Origin: Acidobacteriota bacterium
GTDB lineage: Bacteria; Acidobacteriota; Vicinamibacteria; Vicinamibacterales; 2-12-FULL-66-21
Direction: 5' to 3'
Length of the DNA stretch: 37,833 nucleotides
Assembly (NCBI GenBank): GCA_031404215.1
Contig: JANNHC010000205.1
Span: 1 to 37,833, forward strand
Part shown: one piece after another, positions 8,727 through 18,759 of the stretch
Position numbering within the stretch: the first letter of the stretch is position 1
Layout: every line of letters starts with the position of its first letter
Notes under the pieces: generated by a model
What the model saw: the letters and a program-made list of their open reading frames with translations, nothing else
Told to the model about the DNA's origin: nothing
The model's database searches: none
Position numbers and translations under genes: made by a program

Positions 8727-9823
8727 TTCCTGCCGCCTGATTCTGCAAGCTCCATCGCCTTGTCGGCGATGACGAGGGCCGCGTCCGGACGCGCCATCCG
8801 TCTGGCGGCGGCCGACATCCCGGCGAGCCGTGCGGGGTCGTGCAAGAGCGCCGTGATGCGCGCGGCCAGCATCGGGCCGCTCAGGTCCTTCTGCTCGACG
8901 GTCTCCGCGGCGCCCGCGGCGACCAGTACGTCGGCGTTCCGGCGCTGGTGATCGTCAGCGGCGGTTGGCAGCGGCACGAGCACCGCCGGACGGCCCGCCG
9001 CCGTCAGCTCCGCGATCGTCGTGGCGCCCGCCCGGCAGATGACGAGATCGGCCGCTTTTATTTCCCGGTCCATGGCGAACAGGAACGGCTCAACGCGGGC
9101 CGCGAGCCCCGCACGCCGGTATCCGTCGCGGACCAGTTCAAGATCGCGCTCTCCTGTCTGATGCGTGATTGCCAGCCCGCCACGGTGGCTGGCCAGTTCC
9201 GCCGCCGCCTCCACCATGGCCACGTTGATCGCGTGCGAGCCCTGGGAGCCGCCAAAGATCAAGACCCTTGAAGGCCCCGGGGCTCGCGCTCCGGGGGGGA
9301 AGTCTTCCGACAGAAATTCGGAACGTACCGGGTTGCCTGCGACAAATGCCCTCCTTCCGAAATACGCCGCCGTGGACTCGAACGTCACCGCTGCCGCGCT
9401 GACGGCGTACGCGAGCAGCCGATTGGTCAGGCCCGGCACGGCGTTCTGTTCGAGCAGCAGCGTGGGGATGCGTCGCAGCGCCGCGATCAGGACCACAGGG
9501 CCCGAGCTGTACCCACCCACGCCAATCACGAGATCCGGCGAGCGGCTGGACACGATCGACCAGGCATCCATGCCGCTCAGCGGGATGAGCAGCAGTCCCC
9601 GGATCCGCGCGGCGAGCGACGTGGCTTTCAGTCCGGCGCTGCGCAGCGTGTCCAGCTCGAATCCCTCCCTCGGCACGACGCGCGATTCGATGCCGCGTGC
9701 GGTCCCCGCAAACGTGATGCGCGCATCGGGCCGGCGGCGCAGCAATTCCCGCGCGACGGCGATGCCGGGATAGAGGTGGCCGCCGGTGCCACCACCCGCG
9801 ATCACCACGCGCATGGGCTTCAT
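8720..9823 (-). CDS. murG: Lipid II GlcNAc transferase MurG
   Basis: GGGTGGHLYPG, GNPVR, FGGSQGS, RAGATT and HQRRNA. The start ATG 9823 overlaps the ftsW stop (ATGA). The long upstream part of ORF 8720..10807 is an off-frame read of ftsW. Confidence 0.97.
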   Translation of the reverse strand: MKPMRVVIAGGGTGGHLYPGIAVARELLRRRPDARITFAGTARGIESRVVPREGFELDTLRSAGLKATSLAARIRGLLLIPLSGMDAWSIVSSRSPDLVIGVGGYSSGPVVLIAALRRIPTLLLEQNAVPGLTNRLLAYAVSAAAVTFESTAAYFGRRAFVAGNPVRSEFLSEDFPPGARAPGPSRVLIFGGSQGSHAINVAMVEAAAELASHRGGLAITHQTGERDLELVRDGYRRAGLAARVEPFLFAMDREIKAADLVICRAGATTIAELTAAGRPAVLVPLPTAADDHQRRNADVLVAAGAAETVEQKDLSGPMLAARITALLHDPARLAGMSAAARRMARPDAALVIADKAMELAESGGRKC

Positions 9824-10956
9824 GCATCCTGCTGCGTGGGGAGTGTGGTCGTGATGACATGTGTCGAGGAGGCGTGCTGCGACACGTTCAGCAGGATCCC
9901 CATGCCGATCAGGTTGATGAGCAGCGATGACCCTCCATAACTCACGAATGGCAGCGGGATGCCCTTTGTCGGCAGCAGGCCGAGGACGACGCTGACGTTG
10001 AAGAACGCCTGGAAGGCCACCATCGTGGTCAGGCCGAGCGCGAGAAACGCCCCGAACCGGTCGGGCGCGCGCAGCGCCGTGCGCAGGCCGCGCCACGTGA
10101 TGACACAGAAACACGCCACCACGACCGAGGCCCCGATCAGTCCCATCTCTTCGGCGATGACCGCGTAGATGAAATCGTTGTGCGGTTCCGGCAGGTAGAA
10201 GAGCTTCTGCACCCCGGCCATCAGGCCTCGGCCGAAGATCCCGCCGGTGCCGACGGCAATCATCGACTGGATCATCTGGAAGCCGCCGCCCAGCGGGTCG
10301 TCCCACGGGTTCAGGAACGCAAGCACGCGACGGCGGCGATAGTCGGAAAAGGCCAGCAACAAGTACAAGGCCGGCAGCGAGGCCAGCGCCACGCCAGCCA
10401 CGTACCGATAGTTGATGCCGGCCGCAAAGACCATCACCGCGGCAATCATGAGCACCGACACCGACGTGCCGAGGTCCGGCTCGGCGAGGATCAGACCGAC
10501 AATAATCGCGAGCACGACGCCGATTGGCAGCAACGCGTGCCTCGGCTCGTCGATCCGGTCCATGCGCCGTTCGAGGAGCGCCGCAATGAAGATGATGACG
10601 ACGATCTTGGCCAGCTCCGACGGCTGCACGCCGAGCGGCCCGAACCCGATCCACCGGGTCGCGCCGTTCCGCGCGTGCCCGAAGAGCACGGCCGCGAGCG
10701 CCACCGACACGATCACCAGGCCCGCCCAGATCACGACCGGCTGCCGGTAATTGCGGTAATCGATCCGCATCATCACCGGAACGAGCGCCAGACCGAGCAG
10801 GGCCCACGTGGCTTGCTTGAACAGGTAGAGGTACGGATCACCGTAGTTCTCCATCGTAACGACCGCCGAGGCGCTGTACACCATCACCACGCTCGTACAC
10901 ACGAGCAGCAGGGTGGCCGTGAAGAGAACCTTGTCCGATTTGAGCTTTCGCGCCAT
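9820..10956 (-). CDS. ftsW: SEDS peptidoglycan polymerase FtsW
   Basis: Multi-TM protein with MVYSAS, GATRWI, QPSELAK, PDLG, LPEPHNDFI.AVI.EE.G and LP.KG.PLPFVSYGGSS. Start taken at ATG 10956. Confidence 0.97.
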   Translation of the reverse strand: MARKLKSDKVLFTATLLLVCTSVVMVYSASAVVTMENYGDPYLYLFKQATWALLGLALVPVMMRIDYRNYRQPVVIWAGLVIVSVALAAVLFGHARNGATRWIGFGPLGVQPSELAKIVVIIFIAALLERRMDRIDEPRHALLPIGVVLAIIVGLILAEPDLGTSVSVLMIAAVMVFAAGINYRYVAGVALASLPALYLLLAFSDYRRRRVLAFLNPWDDPLGGGFQMIQSMIAVGTGGIFGRGLMAGVQKLFYLPEPHNDFIYAVIAEEMGLIGASVVVACFCVITWRGLRTALRAPDRFGAFLALGLTTMVAFQAFFNVSVVLGLLPTKGIPLPFVSYGGSSLLINLIGMGILLNVSQHASSTHVITTTLPTQQDA

Positions 10957-11097
10957 ACTTCGCCCGCCTAAAGGTCCGGCCGGGTCGGACCGACAACCAC
11001 CCTGACAGTGCGGCACGATGCCGCACCGGACGGGTGCACAGCATGGCGCCCGCCGGCCGCGAACCGATGACGGAAGCCGCCAGCCGGCGCGCCGGAT

Positions 11098-11238
11098 CGT
11101 CAGCGTAAGCAGTCAGCAGTCATCAGCCGGACGGGGGCTAAGACACCACCCTCGCAGACCGGGGCAGCCTGCGTTCCCAGCGGACGGTTCTTCACCGCAC
11201 CGACCGGACTGATGACTGCTCACTGCTCACGCGTGACG
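11098..11238. repeat. Long inverted repeat built from CAGTCAG/CTGACTG-type heptamers, overlapping the murD stop
   Basis: 11103-11126 (GCGTAAGCAGTCAGCAGTCATCAG) is the reverse complement of 11209-11232 (CTGATGACTGCTCACTGCTCACGC) at 22/24 positions. The pairing can be extended by CGTCA/TGACG outside and CCGG/CCGG inside. Confidence 0.8.
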
Positions 11239-12605
11239 TTCCATTCCTCCTGCAACCGCGACACTTCCTGCTTGAACACGCGACCGCGCTCCGCGTAGTC
11301 GCTGAACATGTCGAAACTCGCGCAGGCCGGCGCGAGCACGACGGTGCTCCCCGGCGATGCCGAGGCGAACGCGGTCCTGACGGCCGAAGACATATCGGCC
11401 GCCTCGTGCACCGCGACCCGCCGGCCGATCGCCTCCGCGATGAGCGGCCGCGCCTCGCCGATCGCCACGACCGTCGCCCGCCGCGCCTCGAGCGGCTCCA
11501 GCAGGTCGCGGAAGTCGCCCCCCTTGAACCGGCCGCCGAGAATCACGACGACCCCTTCCTCGAAGCTCTCGATCGCCCGCCGCGCCGCCTCGATGTTCGT
11601 GGCCTTCGAGTCGTTCACAAATCGCACACCGCCCACGGCACCGGCCGGTTCGAGCGCGTGCTCGAGCCCGGAGAATCCCTCGACCGCACGCGTCATCGCG
11701 GCGGCATCGACGCCTGCCAGCCAGGCCACCGCGGACGCTGCGAGCACGTCGGCCACCAGGTGCGGTCCGAGCAGCCGGATCGCCGAGAGCGGCACGAGCG
11801 CTTCGCGGTCCGCTCCGCTGCGCCGCACGATGGCATCCCCTTCGACCACGATGCCTTCCGGAATGTCGCCACGCATCGAGAAAAGCAGTTGCCGTGCGCG
11901 GCCACCGGCTGCCATCCCGATCGTCGCGCGGTCGTCCGCGTTGAGGACCGCCCAGTCGTCGGCGGCCTGCCGTGCGAAGATCCGCGTCTTCGCGGCCGCG
12001 TATTCGTCAACGGTGGCGTGCCGATCGAGGTGGTCGGGAGAGAAATTGAGCAGGACCGCGATCCACGGCCGGAAGGTATCGGCCGCTTCGAGCTGGAAGC
12101 TGCTCGCCTCGATCACGTGAATCGTGTCCTCGGTCGAGTCCTCGACCTGCGCGCTGAGCGCGTGGCCGATGTTCCCGCCCACGAGCACCCGGCGGCCGCC
12201 AGCTTCGAGCATCCGGCCCGTCAGCGTCGTCGTCGTGGATTTGCCCTTCGTGCCTGTGATCGCCACGACCTTGCCGCGCAGCCACCGGGAGGCGAGCTCC
12301 AGTTCTCCGATCACGGGCACCCCGGCGTGCCGCGCGGCCTCGATGAGCGGATGGCTGAAGGGCACGCCCGGGCTCGTCACGATCAGGTCGGCGCCGGTGA
12401 ACGTCGACGCATGGTGACCGCCGAGCTCCAGCTCCACGCCTGCCTCACGCAGGCGATCCTCGTCGTCGAGGTGATCGCGCAGATCGGTCAGCGTGACGGT
12501 CGCGCCGCGGCGCACGAGCAGCTCGGCTGCCGCCATACCGCTGCGCGCCGCCCCGACGACGGTGACGCGCTTGGATCGAACGGAGAATGGGCGCTCGGTC
12601 GTCAT
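11220..12605 (-). CDS. murD: UDP-N-acetylmuramoyl-L-alanine--D-glutamate ligase
   Basis: VVGAARSG, ITGTKGKSTT, GGNIG, SSFQL, DHLDRH, NDSKATN and PACASFDMF..YAERG. ATG 12605 overlaps the mraY stop. Confidence 0.97.
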   Translation of the reverse strand: MTTERPFSVRSKRVTVVGAARSGMAAAELLVRRGATVTLTDLRDHLDDEDRLREAGVELELGGHHASTFTGADLIVTSPGVPFSHPLIEAARHAGVPVIGELELASRWLRGKVVAITGTKGKSTTTTLTGRMLEAGGRRVLVGGNIGHALSAQVEDSTEDTIHVIEASSFQLEAADTFRPWIAVLLNFSPDHLDRHATVDEYAAAKTRIFARQAADDWAVLNADDRATIGMAAGGRARQLLFSMRGDIPEGIVVEGDAIVRRSGADREALVPLSAIRLLGPHLVADVLAASAVAWLAGVDAAAMTRAVEGFSGLEHALEPAGAVGGVRFVNDSKATNIEAARRAIESFEEGVVVILGGRFKGGDFRDLLEPLEARRATVVAIGEARPLIAEAIGRRVAVHEAADMSSAVRTAFASASPGSTVVLAPACASFDMFSDYAERGRVFKQEVSRLQEEWNVTREQ

Positions 12606-13693
12606 CGCAGTTTCAGGGTCGTGAGGCTGAACAGCGCAAAGATGATCGCGACGATGACGAAGCGGGTGATCACCTTGGGCTCGCTCCAGCCGATCAGCTC
12701 GAAATGGTGGTGCAGCGGCGCCATCTTGAAGACGCGTTTGCCGGTGAGCTTGAACGAGCCGACCTGGATGATGACGGAGAGCGCCTCGAGCACGAAGACG
12801 CCCCCGACGAAGACCAGCAGGAACTCCTGCTTGATGATGAGCGCCGTGATGCCAAGCGCGCCGCCGAGCCCCAGCGAGCCGACGTCGCCCATGAAAATGT
12901 CGGCCGGATAGCAGTTCCACCAGAGAAAGCCCAGGCTTGCGCCGACGAGAGCGCCGCAGAAAATCGTCAGCTCCGCCGCGGCCGCGGTCGGCCGCACGAG
13001 CTGCAGGTAATTCGCAAACACCGCGTGCGTCGACACGTAGGCCAGCGCGGTGAACGCCGCGGCGGCGACGACGAAGACGCTGATGGCCAGGCCGTCGAGG
13101 CCGTCCGTCAGGTTGACCGCGTTGCTCGAGCCCACCACGACCAGCCAGGCCAGCGCGACGTACCCCCAACCGAGATCCGGGATCCACGTCTTGACGAAGG
13201 GGAAAATCAACCGGGTGCTGTAGAGGGGCGGCTCCTGGCGCGCCATGTACATGACGGCGGCGCCGGCCGCCAGGGCGATGACGGTGAGCCAGAACATCTT
13301 GTAGAGAGGCCGCAGGCCGTGATGATCGCGGCGCACGACCTTGAGGTAGTCGTCCGCGAAGCCGACGGCGCCGAACCCGGCTGTGGCCAGCACCGCGATC
13401 CAGATGAACGGGTTGCGGAGATCCGACCAGAGCAGCGTCGGCACCAGCACCGATGTCAGGATGAGGATGCCGCCCATCGTCGGCGTCCCGGACTTGGTCC
13501 GGTGCGTGCTCGGTCCCTCCTGGCGGATCACCTGCCCGATCTGGAACTCGCGCAGCTTGCGGATCATCCATGGGCCGAGGAAAAGGCCGATGCCCAGCGC
13601 GGTCAGGCTGGCTGCCGCCGTGCGGAACGTGATGTACCGCGTCACGTTGAGCACCGGCACGTACGCCGAGAGGTTATGCAGGTAATACAGCAT
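12602..13693 (-). CDS. mraY: Phospho-N-acetylmuramoyl-pentapeptide transferase
   Basis: KSGTPTMGG, DDYLK, NAVNLTDGLDGLA, FMGDVGSL and MAPLHHHFE motifs. Confidence 0.99.
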   Translation of the reverse strand: MLYYLHNLSAYVPVLNVTRYITFRTAAASLTALGIGLFLGPWMIRKLREFQIGQVIRQEGPSTHRTKSGTPTMGGILILTSVLVPTLLWSDLRNPFIWIAVLATAGFGAVGFADDYLKVVRRDHHGLRPLYKMFWLTVIALAAGAAVMYMARQEPPLYSTRLIFPFVKTWIPDLGWGYVALAWLVVVGSSNAVNLTDGLDGLAISVFVVAAAAFTALAYVSTHAVFANYLQLVRPTAAAAELTIFCGALVGASLGFLWWNCYPADIFMGDVGSLGLGGALGITALIIKQEFLLVFVGGVFVLEALSVIIQVGSFKLTGKRVFKMAPLHHHFELIGWSEPKVITRFVIVAIIFALFSLTTLKLR

Positions 13694-15114
13694 CAGGCGA
13701 ACTCCGCCTTCAGCCGCTCGACGACGGCGTCGGTGCCGATGCCGCGTGAGCCCTTGACGAGGACCAGATCGCCCGCCCGCGTCCGCTCAGCCGCGAGGTC
13801 CGCCGCCTCTGCGCTGGTCCCGACGCAGGCGACACGCGCCGGCGCCATCCCGCTCCGCACGGCGGCGTCAGCCAACGCACGCGCCGGCTGGGCCCCGACA
13901 GCAATGAGCAGGTCGAGCCCCGCGGCGGCAGCCGCGGCGCCACACTCCTCGTGCAGTCGAATCGTGTGGATGCCGAGCTCGAGCATCTCGCCGAGCACCG
14001 CGATCTTCCGGGCACTGCCCGTCGCGGCGTTCACCGTCAGCAGGGCACGCTTCAGCGCCGCCGGACTCGAGTTATACGAGTCGTCTATGAGCGTGAGGCC
14101 GCCCGGAAGGCGCAACAGCTCGCCGCGGCGGCGGGCGGGCCGCAGGGCGGCGGCCCTCGCCGCGAGGTCGTCGAGCGGGACGTCGAATTGCAGCGCCACC
14201 GCAATCGCCGCAAGTACGTTTGAGAGATTGCCGAGGCCGAGCAGCGACGTCTGAAGGGCGATGTCGCCGACAGGTGTATGGATGTGGGCGGCGGTGCCGT
14301 CGAGGCCGCGCTCCTCGACCGCAACCGCGCGGACATCCGCGGGGTGATCGATGCCGAACGTCACGATCCGTCCCGCGAACGCGCCCGCGCGCGCCAGGAT
14401 ACGGTGGTCGTCCGCGTTGGCCACCAGCACGTCCTCGGCCTGCGCCTGGTCGAGAATCTCACCCTTGGCATCCGCGATGGCGTCGGCGGAGGCGAAAAAT
14501 CCCAGGTGCGCGTCGCCGACGTTGGTCCACACGCGAACCTCCGGCTGCGCCATGCCGACGAGTGTTCGGATTTCCCCTGGATGATTCATGCCCAGTTCGA
14601 CCACCGCCACCTCAGGTCGAGACCGCAGCTCGAGAAGCGAGAGCGGCAGACCGATGTGGTTATTGAAGTTCCCCTTGTTTCGAAACACCCTGTACCGCGC
14701 CGAGAGAAACTCCGCGGCGACTTCCTTCGTCGTCGTCTTGCCCGCACTGCCCGTAATCGCGACGACCTTCGTGCCGGAACGCTGGCGGACGGTGCGCGCC
14801 ATATCCTGCAGGCCGCGCGTCGTGTCCCCCACCGCGATGATCACCGTGTCGCCATCGCCGGCTGCCACACCCGCCGCGGCCGCTTCCGCGGCTGCCGTCT
14901 CGACCATCGCGCCCCGCACTCCGCGAGCCAGCGCGTCGGCGACGAACCGGTGTCCGTCGAACCGCTCGCCGCGGATCGCCACGAAAAAGTCGCCGGCGCC
15001 GGCGGTCCGGGAGTCGATCGAAATGCCTTCGATCGCCTCTCCGGCGTGTCCGCGCACCAGCCGGCCGCCGGTGGCGTCCGCGATGTCCCCGGCCGTCAGC
15101 GGCACACGATCCAC
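13693..15114 (-). CDS. murF: UDP-N-acetylmuramoyl-tripeptide--D-alanyl-D-alanine ligase
   Basis: IDSR, GERFDGH.F, TGSAGKTTTKE, NFNNHIGLPL, ELGMNHPGEI, DDSYNSSP, LGEMLELG and VKGSRG. Start is GTG 15114 or 15105. Confidence 0.96.
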   Translation of the reverse strand: MDRVPLTAGDIADATGGRLVRGHAGEAIEGISIDSRTAGAGDFFVAIRGERFDGHRFVADALARGVRGAMVETAAAEAAAAGVAAGDGDTVIIAVGDTTRGLQDMARTVRQRSGTKVVAITGSAGKTTTKEVAAEFLSARYRVFRNKGNFNNHIGLPLSLLELRSRPEVAVVELGMNHPGEIRTLVGMAQPEVRVWTNVGDAHLGFFASADAIADAKGEILDQAQAEDVLVANADDHRILARAGAFAGRIVTFGIDHPADVRAVAVEERGLDGTAAHIHTPVGDIALQTSLLGLGNLSNVLAAIAVALQFDVPLDDLAARAAALRPARRRGELLRLPGGLTLIDDSYNSSPAALKRALLTVNAATGSARKIAVLGEMLELGIHTIRLHEECGAAAAAAGLDLLIAVGAQPARALADAAVRSGMAPARVACVGTSAEAADLAAERTRAGDLVLVKGSRGIGTDAVVERLKAEFA

Positions 15115-15118
15115 GCCC

Positions 15119-16651
15119 CTACGACGCCCTCGAGCCGGCGCGGCGTCGCGCCAGTGCCGCCCGCGCGACCTCGACATCATCGAAGGGCAGCGTGCGATCG
15201 CCGATCACTTGGTATTTCTCGTGGCCCTTTCCCGCTACCAGCACGAGATCCCCCGGCCGCGCGTCACCGACCGCGCGCTCGATGGCCGTCTTGCGATCGC
15301 TGATCGCGAGGTGGGCCGTGGATTTCGGCGCGCCCTGGCCGTTGGGCGGCGTGCGATCGGCCGGCATCACGATGCCGCGCTTCACTTCGTCGATGATCTG
15401 GACCGGATCCTCGGAGCGGGGGTTGTCCGACGTCACGATCACCAAATCGCTCAGGCGCGCCGCGACGGCGCCCATGAGGGGGCGTTTCGCCCGATCGCGA
15501 TCGCCGCCGCAGCCAAAGACCGTGATGAGCCGTCCCGCCGCCAGCGGCCTCGCCGTTTCGAGCAGGTTCTTGAGCGCGTCGTCCGTGTGCGCGTAGTCCA
15601 CGACGACGCGCACGTCGTCCATGGGATCTGAAACCACCTGGAAGCGCCCGGGCACGTCGGTCAACCGCCGGATCCCGTCCTCGATCGCGGCGGACGGTAC
15701 GTCGAGCGCCGTGGCGGCCGCGACTGCGGCGAGGATGTTGTAGGCGTTAGGCCGACCGACGAGGGCGGATCGAAGGCGCAGCGTGCCGCGGGGCGTCCGC
15801 ACTTCGAACGAGAGGCCCGCGAGTGAGAACGCGAGCGGGCCCGGGCGCACGTCGGCCGGGGCGTCGATCGCGTAGGTCACGGTACGGCGCGCCGAGGCGG
15901 CGAATTCCGCACCGCGCCGGTCGTCGAGGTTCGTTGCCGCGACACCGCCCTCGGGCAGCAGCTCCGCGAGCCGCCGTTTGGCCTGGAAGTACTCCTCCAT
16001 GTCGCGATGGAAATCGAGATGATCGCGCGTGAGATTCGTGAAAATGACGGCGGCGAACCGCAAGCGATCCGCCCGGCGCAGCGCGAGCGCGTGCGACGAC
16101 ACCTCCATGACGCAGGCCCCGCAGCCCTCGGCCACCATCGCGCGCAGCATGCGCTGCAGTTCGGGCGCCTCAGGTGTCGTGCGGGACGCTTCCACCTCGC
16201 GGTTGCCGACGCGATACCCGACGGTGCCGATGCGGCCGCACCGCACGCCGGCGGCTTCGAAAATCGACGCGAGCAGGTACGAGGTGGTCGTCTTGCCGTT
16301 GGTCCCGGTGATGCCAACGAGCGTCAGCTCTTCGCTCGGATTGCCGTGCAGCGCCGCCGCGAGGGCCGCGAGCGCGAGGCGCGCGTCTGGAACCTGGATC
16401 CATGGCCGTGTCACGCCTGACGGGGCCGCGGCCTCGGACAGGACAGCGACGGCGCCACGGCTGAGCGCCTCTCGCGCGAACGACGCGCCGTCGGCCTTGA
16501 CACCACGGAGGGCGACAAATACGGAGCCCGGCCCTGCCTGCCGGGAGTCGTACGCCACGGCCGTCACCTTGGTGTCGCCAACGGGCCCGCCACCCACATC
16601 CGCGAGCGGCGGAAGATCCGGGATCTCGCGAAGAAGATCGCGGAGTGTCAT
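15119..16651 (-). CDS. murE: UDP-N-acetylmuramoyl-L-alanyl-D-glutamate--meso-diaminopimelate ligase
   Basis: GTNGKTTT, MEVSSHAL, NLTRDHLDFH, DYAHT, FGCGGDRD and AGKGHE.YQ. The DNPR motif indicates mDAP specificity. ATG 16651 overlaps the ftsI stop. Confidence 0.97.
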   Translation of the reverse strand: MTLRDLLREIPDLPPLADVGGGPVGDTKVTAVAYDSRQAGPGSVFVALRGVKADGASFAREALSRGAVAVLSEAAAPSGVTRPWIQVPDARLALAALAAALHGNPSEELTLVGITGTNGKTTTSYLLASIFEAAGVRCGRIGTVGYRVGNREVEASRTTPEAPELQRMLRAMVAEGCGACVMEVSSHALALRRADRLRFAAVIFTNLTRDHLDFHRDMEEYFQAKRRLAELLPEGGVAATNLDDRRGAEFAASARRTVTYAIDAPADVRPGPLAFSLAGLSFEVRTPRGTLRLRSALVGRPNAYNILAAVAAATALDVPSAAIEDGIRRLTDVPGRFQVVSDPMDDVRVVVDYAHTDDALKNLLETARPLAAGRLITVFGCGGDRDRAKRPLMGAVAARLSDLVIVTSDNPRSEDPVQIIDEVKRGIVMPADRTPPNGQGAPKSTAHLAISDRKTAIERAVGDARPGDLVLVAGKGHEKYQVIGDRTLPFDDVEVARAALARRRAGSRAS

Positions 16652-18735
16652 TGCTGGGCCCCGCCCGCCGGCACGACCGCACGGCGCTCGAGCCGGAGGA
16701 TGCATCCGTCGCCCCGGACGAGCCGCGTCCCCGCCTCCGGCGACTGCTCGGTGACGAAGCCGTCACCATCGATCCGCGCGGTCAAGCCGATGCGCGTCAG
16801 CGTGCGAAGGGCATCGCGCGCGCTCAATCCGCGGAGATCCGGCATCTCGCCCGGCGGCAGCCCGGCCGCGCGCGGCGGTGTCACGGGGGCGATGGCGGGA
16901 CGTGGCGCCATCCCGCCGGTGTGTGCATCATGGCGCGCGACGATGACCGGCGGAGGCGCGTTCAGTGTCGGACCGACGCCAAGGTGCCGCAGCGCCGCCT
17001 CCGCGATGCGCTTGAAGACAGGCGCCGCCACTGTCGCGCCGTAGTAGCCGTTCGCGTGGGGCGAGTCGATGACGACGACGATGGTGAGGGCCGGCTGTCG
17101 CGAGGGCACGAATCCGACAAACGACGCGTTGTAGTCGGACTTCGAATAGCTCCGGTTGACGAGCTTCGACGCGGTGCCTGTCTTGCCGGCGACCGTATAG
17201 CCCTCCATGTGCGCGAACGCCTTGGCGGTTCCCCGCTCGACGACCGCTTCCATGATGTCGGTCATGGTCGCCGCCGTCTCTTCTGAGATGGCGCGCCGCA
17301 CGACCTTCCGCGGCACCTCCTCGCGACGGCCGTTCCTGATGAAGGCTCGCACGACGTGTGGTTCGACGAGCTCGCCGCCGTTGGCGACGACGCTCACAGC
17401 CGCCGCCATCTGGAGCGGCGTCACACCGATCTGGTAGCCCATCGAGACCGACGCCAGGGCGCTCGGATCGAGCCGGTCGGAATTCCACACGATGCCGCCG
17501 TTCTCGCCACGGAAATCCGTCGCCAGCGTCTGGCCGAATCCAAAACGTGTGATATAGCGGCCGAGACGTTCGGCCCCGAGCTTCATGCCCACTTTGATCG
17601 CGCCGACGTTGCTCGACTTGGCAATGACGTCGATGAATGGCAGGACGCCGTACTCGTGGGTGTCGCGAATCACCCGGCTTCCAAACGTGATGTAGCCGGG
17701 GCTGCAATCGACCGGATCGGCGGGGGTCATGACCCGTTCTTCGATGGCGGCGGAGGCCGTCACGACCTTGAAGGTCGAGCCCGGCTCGTACAGGTCCTGT
17801 ACGGCGCGGTTGCGGCGCGCGACGATGTCGGACGCGTTGTACGCGTTCGGATTGAACGTCGGCCAGTTGGCCATCGCGAGGATCTCGCCAGTCGCCGGCT
17901 CGAGGATGATGGCGGTTCCGCCGGCGGCCGCATTTTCCGCGACGCCGATGCGCAGTTCGCGGTCCGCGATGTGCTGCAGATACTCGTCAATCGTCAGCTC
18001 GAGCGCGTCGCCCGCGGTCGGGAGCCGCTCCTCGCGGCTCGACATGGCCTGCCTGCGCGCGTCGGTCTGCAGCAGCATCTTGCCTTCACGGCCTCGGATG
18101 CGCGCATCGAAGGTGGACTCCAGCCCGGCCAGCCCGCCGTTGTCGAGCCCGACGTAGCCGAGCACGTGGGCCGCGAGCTCTTTCTTTGGGTAATAGCGTC
18201 GGCTTTCCTTGTAAAACAACAGCCCCGGCAGTTCGAGCGCCTTGACACGGCGCGCCTCGTCGGGCGACACCTGTCGCGCGAGGTACGCAAACTGGCCCTT
18301 GCCGCGCAGACGCTCCGTCATGGTCTGCCGCTGCTGCGGGCCGCAGTCGTCGAGCGCGTGGCAGACGAGTGCGGCGGCGCCCTCCGGGTCCTGGATCTCT
18401 GATGGATCCGCCGCGATGGTGTCGGCGTCCACGCTATACGCGAGCACGTGGCCCGTGCGGTCCACGATCTCGCCACGCTTGGCGGGAAGCTTGATGGTCC
18501 TCAGCTGCTGGCGGTTGGCCCGCGCCATCATCTCGCCGTGCTGAAAGACCTGCAGGTACAGCAGGCGACCTTCGATCGCGACCGTCCACGCCGCCAGCAG
18601 GGCGGCGCAAATCAGCGTCCGCGATCGCAGGGTGTCCCGCCACTCGGGGAGCGCCGCGGCGGGCTCCCGCCGCAGGATGCGCTGCGCGGATCCACTCCAG
18701 GGGAGCCTGAATCTGCCGCCGTGTTCGTCCGCCAC
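16648..18735 (-). CDS. ftsI: Class B penicillin-binding protein FtsI/PBP3 with a C-terminal PASTA domain
   Basis: RGEIVDR and GLE motifs; transpeptidase motifs SxxK (STFK), SxN (SSN) and KTGT; C-terminal MPDLRGLS.RDA...G.G.V..QSP.AG. RBS AGGAGG before the GTG. Confidence 0.96.
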   Translation of the reverse strand: MADEHGGRFRLPWSGSAQRILRREPAAALPEWRDTLRSRTLICAALLAAWTVAIEGRLLYLQVFQHGEMMARANRQQLRTIKLPAKRGEIVDRTGHVLAYSVDADTIAADPSEIQDPEGAAALVCHALDDCGPQQRQTMTERLRGKGQFAYLARQVSPDEARRVKALELPGLLFYKESRRYYPKKELAAHVLGYVGLDNGGLAGLESTFDARIRGREGKMLLQTDARRQAMSSREERLPTAGDALELTIDEYLQHIADRELRIGVAENAAAGGTAIILEPATGEILAMANWPTFNPNAYNASDIVARRNRAVQDLYEPGSTFKVVTASAAIEERVMTPADPVDCSPGYITFGSRVIRDTHEYGVLPFIDVIAKSSNVGAIKVGMKLGAERLGRYITRFGFGQTLATDFRGENGGIVWNSDRLDPSALASVSMGYQIGVTPLQMAAAVSVVANGGELVEPHVVRAFIRNGRREEVPRKVVRRAISEETAATMTDIMEAVVERGTAKAFAHMEGYTVAGKTGTASKLVNRSYSKSDYNASFVGFVPSRQPALTIVVVIDSPHANGYYGATVAAPVFKRIAEAALRHLGVGPTLNAPPPVIVARHDAHTGGMAPRPAIAPVTPPRAAGLPPGEMPDLRGLSARDALRTLTRIGLTARIDGDGFVTEQSPEAGTRLVRGDGCILRLERRAVVPAGGAQQ

Positions 18736-18759
18736 GATCCTCCTGCCGCGCCGTCCAGG

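Noticed and set aside
8720-10807. Apparent 695-aa MurG fusion
   Set aside because: The N-terminal 328 residues are an Arg/Gly/Pro-rich off-frame reading of ftsW. MurG starts at the ATGA overlap at 9823.
11220-13571. Apparent 783-aa MurD fusion
   Set aside because: The extension is an alternative frame of mraY. MurD begins at 12605, overlapping the mraY stop.
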